64,000 nucleotides of DNA. Origin: Octopus sinensis (Eukaryota). The DNA lies in NCBI RefSeq assembly GCF_006345805.1, contig NC_042997.1, positions 170,686,001-170,750,000 of the forward strand, written 5' to 3'. The notes beneath the pieces were generated by a model. It did not search any database. It was given only the letters and a program-made list of their open reading frames with translations, and was not told the DNA's origin. Positions 50,882 through 63,997 of the stretch are shown piece after piece (positions within the stretch are counted from its first letter, which is position 1; every line of letters starts with the position of its first letter). A program made the translations under genes and the position numbers.

Positions 50882-51195
50882 GTGAAGGTGCGTGGCTTAG
50901 TGGTTCGGGCATTCGACTCACGAGCGTAAGGTCGTGAGTTCAATTCCCGGCGGCGCGTTGTGTCCATGAGCAAGACACTTCATTTCACATTGTTCTAGTT
51001 CACTCAGCTGGCAAAAATGTGTAGTACCTGTATTTCAAAGGGCCGGCCTTGTCACACTTTGTGTCACGCTGAATATCACTGAGAACTACGTTAAGGGTAC
51101 ACGTGTCTGTGGAGTGCTCAGCCACTTGCATATTTATTTCACGAGCAAGCTGTTCCGTTGATCGTATCAGTTGGGACCCTCTTCGTCGTAACGAA
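50882..51195 (+). mobile_element. SINE family D (family C head and core, family E tail)
   Basis: gtgcgtggcttagtggtt...cactcagctggcaaaaatg followed by gtacctgtatttcaaagggccggccttgtcacac...cgtcgtaacga. Confidence 0.88.
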
Positions 51196-51299
51196 GTGCT
51201 CCTATATGTATATATATATATATATATACACATATATGTGTGTGTGTGTGTGTGTGTGTATGTATATGTGCATACACACACACACACATATATATATAT

Positions 51300-52190
51300 G
51301 AATATACAAAATGAAACAAAAACGCAATAGAGGACAATGCAAAGGCGGACAGGAAAAAAACCACAATTAGAGTGACAGGAAAAAAAAAGGACGGGTCATT
51401 CGTAGCCTTCTTTCGTCAGTCAAGTTATCAGATGTTCCTACAGTTTCGAGTAGTTAAACTGGAGACTGTTCAATCTCGTTGCCCTCCACCCCACCCGCCA
51501 AAAAAATCTAAGCTAAGAAGGCAAGCGAATGTGTACGACAACAAAGACAAAAAATGGGGATCACGTTACACAATTACAAATACAAACAAAAAGAATACAA
51601 CAACAGGCGTCTTTCGACTTTTCGACTGAGGACGAAATAAATTGAGCTGGCGTGCATAAAGTGAAAGCCTTAAGGCAGGAACATAGGAGATAGACATAAG
51701 AGATGTTGGCGGTCGGCAGTAAGACCAAGAAAGGAAGATCATGGCTGGCCGAACACCGGTTACGTGGAACGAGGAGAGATGGGTAGGGGGCAGCGGGATT
51801 GAAGATTAGGGGAAGAACGGGAAAGGTACAGGGGAGATAAACAAGGGGGAAAAGTAGGAGTTAAAGAAAGAGAGGGCTAAGAAATGTGAGAGAGGAGGAG
51901 CGAGTAAAAGAAAAGAGGAAGAGAGTATGATGGGGATTAAAAGACAGTAAAAGAATCCTACAAAATTAAGATACATACTTACAAGCTGATCAAAAGTACG
52001 CACGCCGCTATACGTATATAAAATTGAACAAAAATGCAATAGAGGACAATAAAACATCCGGACAAATAGACGATACAAAAGCGGACAGGTAAAAAAAAAA
52101 CATTCGCAGCCTTCTTTCGTCAGTCAAGTTACCGGATGTCCTTACAGTTTCGGGTAATTACACTTGAGACTGTTCGATCTGGTTATGAAT
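51300..52190 (-). mobile_element. Tandem diverged direct repeats with a purine-rich spacer, probably a Penelope pseudo-LTR remnant
   Basis: aacaaaaa.gcaatagaggacaat...gcggacagg...cattcg.agccttctttcgtcagtcaagtta...gagactgttc occurs at about 51310-51480 and 52020-52175. Confidence 0.5.
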
Positions 52191-52263
52191 ACCCCCCACA
52201 CACATACACACTGACACACGATCCAGGGATCCGAGTGTAGGAAGTGTAGGAGTGTAGGGTTTC

Positions 52264-52482
52264 TGTGTATCTGAAAGAGGTGTCAACGGAAAAAAGAAGG
52301 AAAGAAAGAAGGAAGAGAGAAAGAAGAAAAAATGTGCTGACATCTTTGCAGCTGGTCAGTTATTTCAATAGAAAGTGATTCTTGGCTTTTAGAAATGGCA
52401 AACCTAGGTGGCCACTCCAAGGGGGTTAAATGTTATTTTTCAAAAAATTGTCTGGATTTCTTTTTATCATTGTCTTGTGTGT

Positions 52483-52522
<40 letters not shown>

Positions 52523-52930
52523 TGGAGTGTGTGTGTGTATATGTATGTGCACGTGTGTGTGTGTGTGTCTGTGTATCTGAAAGAAGTGTCATTGGAAAAG
52601 AGAAGGAAAGAAAGAAGGAAGAGAAAAAGAAGAAAAAATGTATTGATATATTTGCAGCTGGTCAGTTCTTTCAATAGAAAGTGATTCTTGTCCTTTTAAA
52701 AAATGGTAAATTCAGGTTTGGATTACAAAAAAATTTTTTTTGTCTGGATTTCTTTTCATCATTGTCCAGTGAGAGAGAGTGCGTATGTGTTTTTTTGTGT
52801 GTGTGTGTGTGTGGGGGGGGTGCTGTGTATCTGAAAGGAGTGTCAATGGAAAAGAGAAGGAAAGAAAGAAGGAATAGAGGAAGAAGAATTGTGTTGATAT
52901 CTATACCGCTGTTCAGTTCTTTTAATCCAA
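52264..52930. repeat. Three diverged tandem units (periods 306 and 254 bp)
   Basis: tgtgtatctgaaag..gtgtca..ggaaaagagaaggaaagaaagaagga starts at 52264, 52570 and 52824. Confidence 0.85.
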
Positions 52931-53094
52931 TGTTTGATTCCTGTGCTGGTATTTCATTGTGCTAGAAATAGCAACAAAAAGTTTGCCATGTACTATCCTA
53001 ACGTCTTAAAAATAAAAGAACATTAGCTAATTTGAATTTAGTCCAAAGTACAGTGAAGGGGAAGTTAAAATTTCCTTCTCGAGTCACGTCGATT

Positions 53095-53315
53095 CATAAA
53101 GGTTGGTTTCCCGGTTTCCATGGCGTATGTATTCCCCACATGGACGGAACGCCGCTCCGTCGTAGGATTACTCATTTTTGCCGGTCGAGTGGACCGGAGC
53201 AACACGAATGAAGTGTTTTGCTCAAGTATACAACGCGTCGCCCGGTCCAGGAATTGAAACCACGAGTTTACGATCATGAGTCCAACACCCTAACCACTAA
53301 GCCACGCACCTCCAC
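53095..53315 (-). mobile_element. SINE family C copy
   Basis: Matches 40375-40619. Confidence 0.88.
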
Positions 53316-53523
53316 TAGGCACGGTATTATAAGTGAAAAAAGACAGATGGTCACGGTTGGAACGAGTTTGGTCCTAAGTTTCTTTCATAGGAGCTATTAA
53401 CCAGCATCAACAGGAATACGGTTAAATAACAGCAACAACGGTAGCAGTCTCTAATTTCAAAAATTATTTCCGAAGATAGGTTCACAAGAAATGTTAAACA
53501 GGTGTATGTCAGATATAATAACA

Positions 53524-53527
<4 letters not shown>

Positions 53528-53558
<31 letters not shown>

Positions 53559-53645
53559 CGTGCGTGTGTGTGTGTGTCGGTGTGTGTCCGTGTGTGTGTG
53601 TGTGTGTGATGTGTGTGTGCGTGCGTGTGTGTGTGTGTGTGTGTT

Positions 53646-53688
<43 letters not shown>

Positions 53689-53746
53689 TGTGTGTGTGCG
53701 TGCGTGTGTGTGTGTGTGTGATGTGTGTGTGTGTGTGTGTGCGCGC

Positions 53747-53790
<44 letters not shown>

Positions 53791-53820
53791 TGTGTGCGTG
53801 TGTGTGAGTGCGTGTGATGT
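53528..53820. repeat. Compound (TG)n/(CG) microsatellite
   Basis: Visible run; source of the CV/HT ORFs. Confidence 0.97.
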
Positions 53821-53954
53821 GTCCATGATATCATTTCGTTACTGGAGCCAATTTCCTTTCCTTCAGAGACAATTCAGAATTGGCAAAACTGTCTTATTGT
53901 ATTATGAAGATTAGTAAGAAGAAAATGCAATATGGGGGGGGGGGGGGGAGGGGG

Positions 53955-53991
<37 letters not shown>

Positions 53992-54881
53992 GAGAGAGAG
54001 AGAGAGAACGATAGAAAGAAACAGACAAACAAAGAGAGGGAGAAAGCGCGTGTGTGTGTGCGCGCGTGTAGTTTAACTTACTTCGTATCTTCTAATAGAT
54101 CTTAAAGTACAGTTGGAAGAAATGAAAGTTGAGAAGCTTATCTATGAAAAGTAGAGGACTTAATGGGATAGTTAGGAAATCACTGAAAACTTCAATTTCA
54201 ATCATTCTGTTTTATGATTTCCTGTTAAAATCTCCGCGCCCGTCAACGATGGGAGGAGGGTTTGGCAGCGCAGAATTGCAAGATAACGTTATGAGGTGTC
54301 ACTTTTACAACATTGCCGCTGTTTAAATCACCGGAGTGTTGTTCAGTTGCATGCTGACCGTGAACGATAGATTTGGTGTTTTTCAGTAACCCAGCCGCTC
54401 GGGTGCTTCTTTTGATCGACTGACACGTGTTGTATACAAGACTTTTAACGCAGAATCCTTTTCTCAAACCCACCGTACTGTATCTACATGTTTTTATCAT
54501 CCCTAAAAGGTAAAAAAAAAAAACCCAGAAGGGCGGGGGGTGGGGGTGAACCCCGGTAAGATTTGCACACAGAGTGTGTGAGTGCGCGTGCATGTGTTTG
54601 TCTCTGTGCTTGAGTTCCACCAAGCCTGACAACCGGTGTAGGTGTGTTTACATTCCCGTAAATTAACGGTCCAGCAAAAGAACTCGATAGAAATGTACCA
54701 GGCTTAAAATTAATACTGAGTCGATTCGATAGGCTAAAAATTCTTCAAGGCGGTGCCCCAGCATGGCCGCAGTCTAGTGAGTGAAACAAGCGAAAGATAA
54801 AGAGAAAATAGTTTTAAATGCACAAAATCTGGAAAAGAAAAAAGAGAAAGAAAACAAAAGATAGTGTACTCACGGTAGAAG

Positions 54882-55041
54882 CAGGGTCGTCTTAACAGTG
54901 TTATAGGACTCCATGCAAATCAATACAGTGGGATCTGCATTGTTTATTTATTGACAGCAAATCCACGCTATCATTGGTCAAAATTGGGCCCCTACACTCG
55001 TGTGGTAAATGCGCAGTGTGCTCATACCTTAACCGGCACTG
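54882..55041. mobile_element. hAT-like MITE, 160 bp
   Basis: Ends cagggtcgtcttaa and ttaaccggcactg. Flanks ggtagaag/ggtatgag (6/8) fit an old 8-bp TSD. Confidence 0.55.
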
Positions 55042-56931
55042 GGTATGAGCACCTTTGATCTATTCGACCCGAGACTAAACAACGACATCATTGAACCGTC
55101 TCCTCCACAGTATGGTAGATTGGAATATTGGGAATGAATTATATTTGCCAGAGATAGAAGACACGAATCATTGACCCGACATACAACAATATGTTGGTAC
55201 GTAAATATTACTGGAAGCTGGTACGTTGTCCCTACAACATGTGCCACCAAAAAACAACAAAAAAACAACAAAATCCCCTCAAAAATAGTTAATCGTTAGT
55301 TTTGAGTATTTGGTTATTTTATATTCTTCAATCCAAAATTGAAAACCTCACGTTCTTTGATCTAAATTGTAATATATAGGAAGCTTCCACAACTCCACAC
55401 CACAATTATCAGTTCTGGGCTTTGCTTACTCTTTCTCCTCTTTCTTTTTTTACCAATTAAGCCAAAAAACGAGCCTCTACGTAATCGATCTAGCGGTTCA
55501 AAGTAGCAGCCCTAAATCTCCCTCAAACCACATTTTAAAGTTTTTAGTACGCCTGAAATGTTCTTTAAATTGGACAGATTAGACAATATAATCCTCGATA
55601 CCCATTAAAAAACCTCAAAGAAATCAAAACCACAACGAGAATACCCTTAATCATATGACTGATCGATTAACCATAACAACACCCAAGTAACCAATTCTAT
55701 ACGAACTACCAGCCACATTCTTTCTGCACATGCTTTTTTTTACCATTCTCCTTCCTTATTTTACCAGGTGATATACTTCTGAAGCTTACTTTCAGTGTTC
55801 TCTCGATCGAAATCTTCGGCTATTATAACATTAAAAGAGAAAGAAATTTCTCAGGTTACATAAAGAAAGCATGATTATGTAAGTCCAAACCTGTAGTGAA
55901 TAAAAATTGTCCTTAATTTAAAATTATACCAGTTGTTAAGAGAAAAAAAATCATTTGCTTTATAGATTTATTCGTGTCAAGAAAGACAAGGGAAACGACT
56001 GAAGAAATAAAATTCAAAATTAAATAAGTATGCAGTGGGAAAATGTGGGATAACTCCAGATATGTTTCGGTTTTATTAACCATCTCAGCGATGTGTATTT
56101 TTATCAGTACTTATTAAATCGTAGGTAAAACAGTTAATAAGGATTTTGAGGGAAAACTATTCAATCTGAACTCATGAGCAAAGTATATACTTTTCGAAGT
56201 AGTTGTGAGAAAATCATTAAGTAAAAGTATAGTATTGCACTCTAACTGGTATAGAAAAAATGGTATTTTTTACAGAATAACTAACAGAGAGTGCCATCCT
56301 TGTGGGAAACAATAGTCAAGTTAATAGCAAGAATATTAGAAAATTAACCAGAAATAATTATGCAGTGAGGTAAAAAGCAGTAGTATTTAATGATTATTAT
56401 GATTTAAATTTGCATACAATATTATTTTTCTAATTAACTACTTGTGAAAGATTTCTCGTTCTGCTTTGCTATAAACAAACAGCAATCTTATATTTTGTTT
56501 TCCTTTCTCAGAAAAAAATATAAAGATTGGTTTTGGAGATTTTCATTGAAATTCTCTCGCATTTTCATATTTTTTGTTAACAAAAAGAAAGCGTTTTTGT
56601 CGTCTGGTTTCCTCGGAATTATATACCTTTGTTTACATAAGAACCCGATGTTACTTTACTTCACTTCAAATTCGCCTTCTTGAGACATCTAAAAATGAAT
56701 GAGATATAGTTCAATTCAAGCTGTAATAAAATCATTTAAAAGAGATTTCACGATCGAGAAAGAAATTTTTGTAGTTTAATGTCTTCTATTTTTAAACAAG
56801 CATCAAGTGTTTTTTATTCATTTCTTAAAAATCTTTTTCTTGTAGTAGATCTTATAAGCAAAACACAAAGAAGCAGTTATAAATACTCAATCATATTTCA
56901 CTTCAAATTTCACTACACTGTCTACAAATTG

Positions 56932-57426
<495 letters not shown>

Positions 57427-58554
57427 AAATAAATGAGAAGTATATAACGATATGTAAGTTAAATAAAACCCTATAGTCCTGGAGAAAGATATATCTTCCT
57501 TTGCAATTGCGTGAAGCTATTATTAGGAATTTTCCAAAGAATTCTAGGTATTACTCTATTATCAACTCACACACGGTTAGGATTTGTTTTTCCAACGCAA
57601 AAAAAAAAATCTCTTACAAATTATCTCCTCATATAGCCTGTTAAATAGGGATACATTTACTAATACTAACATTAATTTAGATTATACAACCTATCCCCCT
57701 AGAAAAAAAAGGTTATTGTATCTGGAGTCAATTACAACGGAATCAAGTTTATGTCAAGTAACTCTAAAATTAAAAATTCTTTATACCAGTGTAAAATTAT
57801 TTCTGATAATGAAGTATTTTTTATATAGGCAGCTCATCTTCTCAGTTATCTAAAAGAATTTCTAATCAATACTCTATATTTAGGGATAGGAATAAACGTA
57901 ACAGTACAGGGCTTATTAAATTAATTTAGTATCTAAAAGACCACAATAAACAATTTAAATTAGATTGGTTGATCCTCTCAATTTCGATACCTTATGATAA
58001 AGGCAAGGAATTTTGTCTTCTCTGTAATTCTGAGCTATTTACTCTTTACTCTTTACTCTTTTACTCTTTTACTTGTTTCAGTCATTTGACTGCGGCCATG
58101 CTGGAGCACCGCCTTTAGTCGAGCAAATCGACCCCGGGACTTATTCTTTGTAAGCCCAGTACTTATTCTATCGGTCTCTTTTTTGCCGAACCGATTTATT
58201 TTTTCCTAAAAATCCCCTTTTAAACATGGTTATAGAGCGTGCATACCGATGTAAACACCTTGGTTCATATAAGTGATATCTATTATTATATATAATTTAA
58301 ACATTGATTTTCTTCTTACATTTCACATTCACTAGATATATCTTTTTCCAAGACTATAGAATTTTATGTAATTTACATATCGTTATATACTTATTTATTT
58401 GGTTTCTTTCTTTTACTCATCATCTTTCTATATGCTACCTTGGACGTTATCCATCTAACGTTTTTGTTAAAACAAACTTGATAGCGTTCAGTTAATCACT
58501 ATACATGTCCATCATATTCTTTTAAAATGTCTTATTGACGAGTTTCATTTCTTC

Positions 58555-58643
58555 ATTTCCCTGAAGAGAAGCTTACATTGTTTTACACCATTTTATTCCT
58601 TTGGAATAATACCAGTGATATCTTCGAAACATGTGTCGGAAGT
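58555..58643 (+). ncRNA. Type I hammerhead ribozyme motif, canonical core (Penelope pseudo-LTR-like context)
   Basis: atttcc-CTGAAGA-gaag(50 nt)cttc-GAAA-c(atgt)GTC-ggaagt. Stem I has 6 bp including one G-U. Predicted cleavage after 58637. Confidence 0.78.
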
Positions 58644-58829
58644 AAAAGAATTTGAAGAACACCTGCGTTTAACTCCATTTATTTATATATATTATACAAA
58701 ATATTTCACGTAAAACCGGAGTTTCAACCTTTAAAAACAAGGAGTTACAACCTTTTTACTTGTGTGATTTTTGCTAACCTGGTAACTATTTATTTTTTCC
58801 GTGTTAATTGTTAACAAGGGAAAAATACA

Positions 58830-58979
58830 CACATCAATTTATGTATATGTGTGTATATATATATGTATATATATATACATATATATATACATATATATAC
58901 GTATATATATATATATATGTATGTGTATGCATTTGTATAAACATATGTATACATTTATGCATGTATGTGCTTGTGTGTG

Positions 58980-59010
<31 letters not shown>

Positions 59011-59038
59011 GTGTATATATACACACATATATATATAT

Positions 59039-59073
<35 letters not shown>

Positions 59074-59437
59074 ATGTGTATATATGTATGAATGTATATG
59101 TGTATGTATATGTATGTGTATGTATGTATATATATATGTATATGTGTATGTTTATGTATATGTATATATATATGTATGTGTATGTATGTATATATATATA
59201 TATATATTATATTATATATATATTATATATATATATTATATATATATATATGTATATGTGTATGTATATGTATGTATATATGTATATGCCTGTATGCATG
59301 TATGTATTTATGAACATAAGGAGGCGCGTGTGTGTGTGGATGTGTATGCATATGTATAGACATATGTATACATTTATGCATGTACATACTTATGTGTATA
59401 TATAGATGCGCGGGGTGTGTGTGTATGTGTACGCATA

Positions 59438-59521
<84 letters not shown>

Positions 59522-60190
59522 ATGTGTATATATGTATGAATGTATATGTGTATGTTTATGTATATGTATATATATGTATATATATATGTATATGTGTATG
59601 TATATGTATGTATGTGTATGTATGTGTATATGTATATGTGTATATATATTAATTAGTGTATATGTATGGACTAGTCTTCTGTGGGTGTGTTGAGGTATGT
59701 ATGTGTATGCGTGTATGTGAATATACGTGAATGTATGTAGATGTATGCGTGTATGAATATAAAACGTGCGTGTGCGTATGTGTATGTGTGTACGTGTGAG
59801 TGTGTGGGCGTGAGTGAGTGCTTGCGTTCGTATCAGTGAGTAGATAGATAAACGGAATCTTTAGATCATCCCTTGAGACCGGCTGACCGGTCAAGATAAA
59901 AATAAAGATATAAACAAAAGTAGTAATAATAAAATTAAAATAAGAGAATAAAAATGTGTGTGTATGTGTGTGCATGTATATGCATTTGTATATATATGTG
60001 CGAGTGGGTATACATATATGTATGTATATGTATGTATATGTGTATCTGTGTGTACGTACATGGGTATGTGTATATATATGTATATATATGTATATATATA
60101 TGTATATGTATGTGTATGTATGTATATATATATGTATGTATATGTGGGTATGTATGTATATGTATAGATATATGTGAATATGTGGGTGTA

Positions 60191-60223
<33 letters not shown>

Positions 60224-60225
60224 GT
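58830..60225. repeat. 1.4-kb compound TA/TG microsatellite field
   Basis: Low-complexity (TA)n, (TG)n and (TATG)n; source of many spurious ORFs. Confidence 0.97.
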
Positions 60226-60446
60226 AGATGTACAAGTGAGAGTCTCCCTACTTACCTAAAACTCTATTTTTCTATTTATATTTTTTTATTCTTTTATTTA
60301 TTCTTTTATCTACTTTACCACCGATTCCTTTGACCACTCCCCTAATAATGACAGTTTTGCGCCATGCCTACCCCCAAAAATGTCCCCCACCACCACCCAT
60401 TTAAACCTGCCTAAATGTATAAATGCCAAAACAACTCTTGTCTACT

Positions 60447-60497
60447 AGCTTCCTGATGATTTCTTTTGAATGAAACAGTTCTAGTCCTGTAGAAGCT
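60447..60497 (+). ncRNA. Type I hammerhead-like motif (stem II closing pair mismatched)
   Basis: agcttc-CTGATGA-tttc(tttt)gaat-GAAA-cag(ttctagtc)ctGTA-gaagct. Stem I has 6 bp and stem III 4 bp. AATAAA follows at about 60509. Confidence 0.68.
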
Positions 60498-60514
60498 CCT
60501 TCTATATAATAAAT

Positions 60515-60554
<40 letters not shown>

Positions 60555-60791
60555 TATATACGTATGTATATACGTATATATATATATATACGTATGTATA
60601 TACGTATATATATATATAATATATATACGTATTTATATATATCTATATCTATATCTATATCTATATCTATCTATCTATCCATATATATATATATATATTT
60701 TCCTTCCCTTCTTTCCTGAGCGTCAAATAATACTTTAATTGTTCCACGTCCTCGCGTTGCTGTGTTTTTTTCTGTGTTTTCTTGTTTGGAT

Positions 60792-60835
<44 letters not shown>

Positions 60836-60846
60836 ATATTATATAT

Positions 60847-60903
<57 letters not shown>

Positions 60904-61529
60904 TGTGTTGTTGAAATTTCTTTGTGTCCATTTTGTCCAACTAAGACTAAAACCATTATACGAAGAAAGGATTTTTTTTGACCGAATAAAGAGAAAGGAA
61001 TAAAATGACAGTGAGAGAAAGAGAAAAAGAAAGGGAGAAAGAGAGAGAGATGAGAGAGAGAGGTGGGAGAAAGCGAGAGAGAGAGTTCTTAGTGCTTGAT
61101 TCATTGCCTGCTTTTCCGAACTCTTGTCAAATGGTCATTTGATAATCCAAAATCGATTCTTTATTGCTACATATCAGTTTCACTGCATTTCTTCATCGAT
61201 ATTAAACTGGATAGTTGGTGAAATTATTGTGGGTGTCGGAAGACGATAGGGAAGTTAATACCAAAAGAGTTTCAAAGCTGTTCTGAAGCCGAGGGTGCAA
61301 CAGAAAGGCAATAAAACCATTGAGATGTGGTTTTCGAAGTGAGAAATTAAGCCATAACAGATTCAGAAAAGTCATAAACGGTGAATGCGTTCACAATTGT
61401 ATGAGCAAGCGTTATTATGAAGTGTCGGGGGAAATTTGTCTGTAGGCTCACACAAAATCCTGTATAAGTGTGTAGAGGATGCATACATATTACACATACG
61501 TACGTCTTTCATGTGTATGAATGTGTGTA

Positions 61530-61587
61530 CGTACATACATACATACATACATACATACATACATACATACATACATACATACATACA

Positions 61588-61617
<30 letters not shown>
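61530..61617. repeat. (TACA)n microsatellite
   Basis: Pure run. Confidence 0.97.
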
Positions 61618-61620
<3 letters not shown>

Positions 61621-61794
61621 TCTTTTATTCTTTTACTTGTTTCAGTCATTTGACTGCAGCCATCCTGGAGCACCGCCTTTAGTCGAACAAATCGATCCGA
61701 GGACTTATTCTTTGGACGCCTAGTACGTATTCTATCGTCTCTTTTGCCGAACTGCTAGGTTACGGGAACGTAAACACACCAACATCGTTCCGTG

Positions 61795-62400
61795 GACCGT
61801 GCATCTGTTCTCTCCTCCTGAATCTGCCCTGCAGTCTCCCGCCTCCCTTTTCCCCTCACCTACCACCCACCAACCTACCTCTCCAACGCACCATTCTTCG
61901 AGCTGTCCGGCATCTCCAGTCCGACCCGTCCACTTCACACATCTTCCCTAACCGACCCCTCTTCTCATTCAAACGAGCCCACAACCTACGAGACCTCTTG
62001 GTCCACAGCTTCTTCTCCAACCCAACCTCCCAACCTGGCTCGTTCCCCTGCCGCACTTACCCTAACCCCTCCAACACCACTCTCCTCACCGGCACTCATC
62101 ATCGACCCTATCACATTACCGACTCCTTCACCTGCACTTCTACCAATATCATCTATTGCATCTCCTGTTGTCTCTGCCATTCTCTGTACATCGGACAACC
62201 GGGACGCCGCTTGGCTGACCGGTTCGCGGAACACCTCCGAGACATCCGCCTCGGCAATGACACCCCGGTCTCACGCCATTACCACTCTACCGGTCACTCT
62301 TTGCAACACCTGTCCGTGTTCGGATTGTCCTTGCAAAGAGGCCATCCGAACTCCCGTTTGCGCCGTGAACAGGGATTAATCTTCTCTCTTCCTAACGTCT
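61795..62400 (+). pseudogene. Penelope-like element fragment: RT-EN linker and GIY-YIG endonuclease
   Basis: NLPLQRTILRAVRHLQSDPSTSHIFP...NLRDLLVHS...YHITDSFTCTSTNIIYCISCCLCHSLYIGQPGRRLADRFAEHLRDI...PVSRHYHSTGHS...REQGLIFSL (61998..62402). Layout resembles Neptune-type PLEs. Confidence 0.92.
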
Positions 62401-62401
62401 G

Positions 62402-63570
62402 AATTGAGTATGCAGTGTGTCTCTACCAAGTTTGTACCCCACTTGCTGGCCGCTGATCAGAAAGAACATCGCGTTGAAGTCTGTCAAGGTCTGTGTCAAA
62501 GTGCCGCTGATGACCCGTCCTTCATGTTGAGCATCCTCACCGCTAATGAGAGTTGGCTCTATGGGTACGACCTTGGGACGAAGCAGCAGTGGTCACAATG
62601 GAAGAGCCTTTCATCTCCACGACCAACGAAGACACAACAGAGTCTCAGTTCGATTAAGAGTATGCTCATCGGTTTTATTTCAACATTCGCATTGTACATC
62701 CAGAATTCGTCCCCCTGGGCCCGACCGTCAATCGAGAGTTCTACTGCGACGTTTTGAAGCGTTTGGAGGGGGACATTCGGCAAAAATGGCCGGATCTGTG
62801 GAGCGCGAATTGGATTCTTCACGGCGACAATGCACCTTGTCACTGAGCTCTTCTTACTAGTGAATTCCTCACCAAAACAAAATATTGCTTCCGCACCCAC
62901 CCGATTCGTCAGATTTAGCAACTATAGACTTCCATCTCTTTCCCAAGATGAAAATGCAGCTCAAAGGTCACCGTTTCAACACCGTTGTCGAGATCTAGAG
63001 CGAATCGCGGAAGGTCCTCGACTCGCTTATGAGAAACTATTGCCAGGCCGGATTCTAAAAGTGGCAGGAACGCTGGGATGGATGTATTGCTGTGCAACGT
63101 GATTGTTTCAAAGGAGATGATGCTAAAACTTAGGTATGGCTGTGTGGTAAGTATCTTGCTTACCAACTACATTGTTCCGGGTTCAGTCCCACTGCGTGGC
63201 ACATTGGGCAAGTGTCTTCTACTATAGCCTCGGGCCGACCAAAGCCTTGTGAGTGGATTTGGCTGACGGAAACTGAAAGAAGCCCGTCGTAAATATGTAT
63301 ATTTGTGTGTGTGTGTGTGTGTTTGTCTCTCCAACATCGCTTGACAACCGATGCTGGTGTGTTTACGTCCCCGTAACAGAGGTTCGGCAAAAGTTTCCGA
63401 TAGAATAAGTACTAGGCTTACAAAGAATAAGTCCTGCGGCCAATTTGGTCGACTAAAGGCGGTGCTCCATGATGGCCACAGTCATATGACTGAAACAAGT
63501 AAAAAAGTTTAAAAATAATTTGTTTTTTCATTAAACAAAAGTAGTCCGAGAACTTTTTAATACATACATA
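62402..63570 (+). mobile_element. 5'-truncated mariner (irritans-subfamily-like) transposase pseudogene, interrupted by a SINE
   Basis: FVPHLLAADQKEHRVEVCQ...ILTANESWLYGYD...QWKSLSSPRP...EFVPLG.TVNREFYCDVLKRL...LHGDNAPCH...DSSDLAT.DF.LFPKMKMQLKGHRF across frameshifts. A degenerate right end lies at about 63545-63570. Confidence 0.88.
63131..63505 (+). mobile_element. SINE family A, full length
   Basis: Complete head, body and tail. Confidence 0.9.
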
Positions 63571-63849
63571 CACGTGCGTTTCCAAGAACAGACGAGAGAT
63601 GTAGAATTTATTAGTTCGAAGCTGATGAATAAATTCCACTATTCCTCCATGTCTCTTGCTTTTGCGTGTTTTCTTTTCTACAATTTTTGTTATATATATA
63701 TATATTTCACTCCACAGACATAAACGTCTAAATATTTTACAGTCGTAAATTTTTGTTCGTTACCTGAAGAACCTACATACGAAGACCAACGGAGGAAAAC
63801 CTCAAAAATAAAGAAAATAAAGAGAAAACTAATAATAATATAGATCGGT

Positions 63850-63954
63850 TAGACAGACAAACAGATAGATAGATAGACAGACAGACAGATGGATGGATAG
63901 ACATAAATAACAAGATAGATAGACAGACACAGCCAGCCAGCCAGACAGACAAAT

Positions 63955-63997
<43 letters not shown>

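Noticed and set aside
50882-50955. tRNA-like heads at 50882, 7010-7084, 40300-40365 and in the SINE A/B copies
   Set aside because: Each continues into a SINE body and lacks a complete cloverleaf, so none is a tRNA gene.
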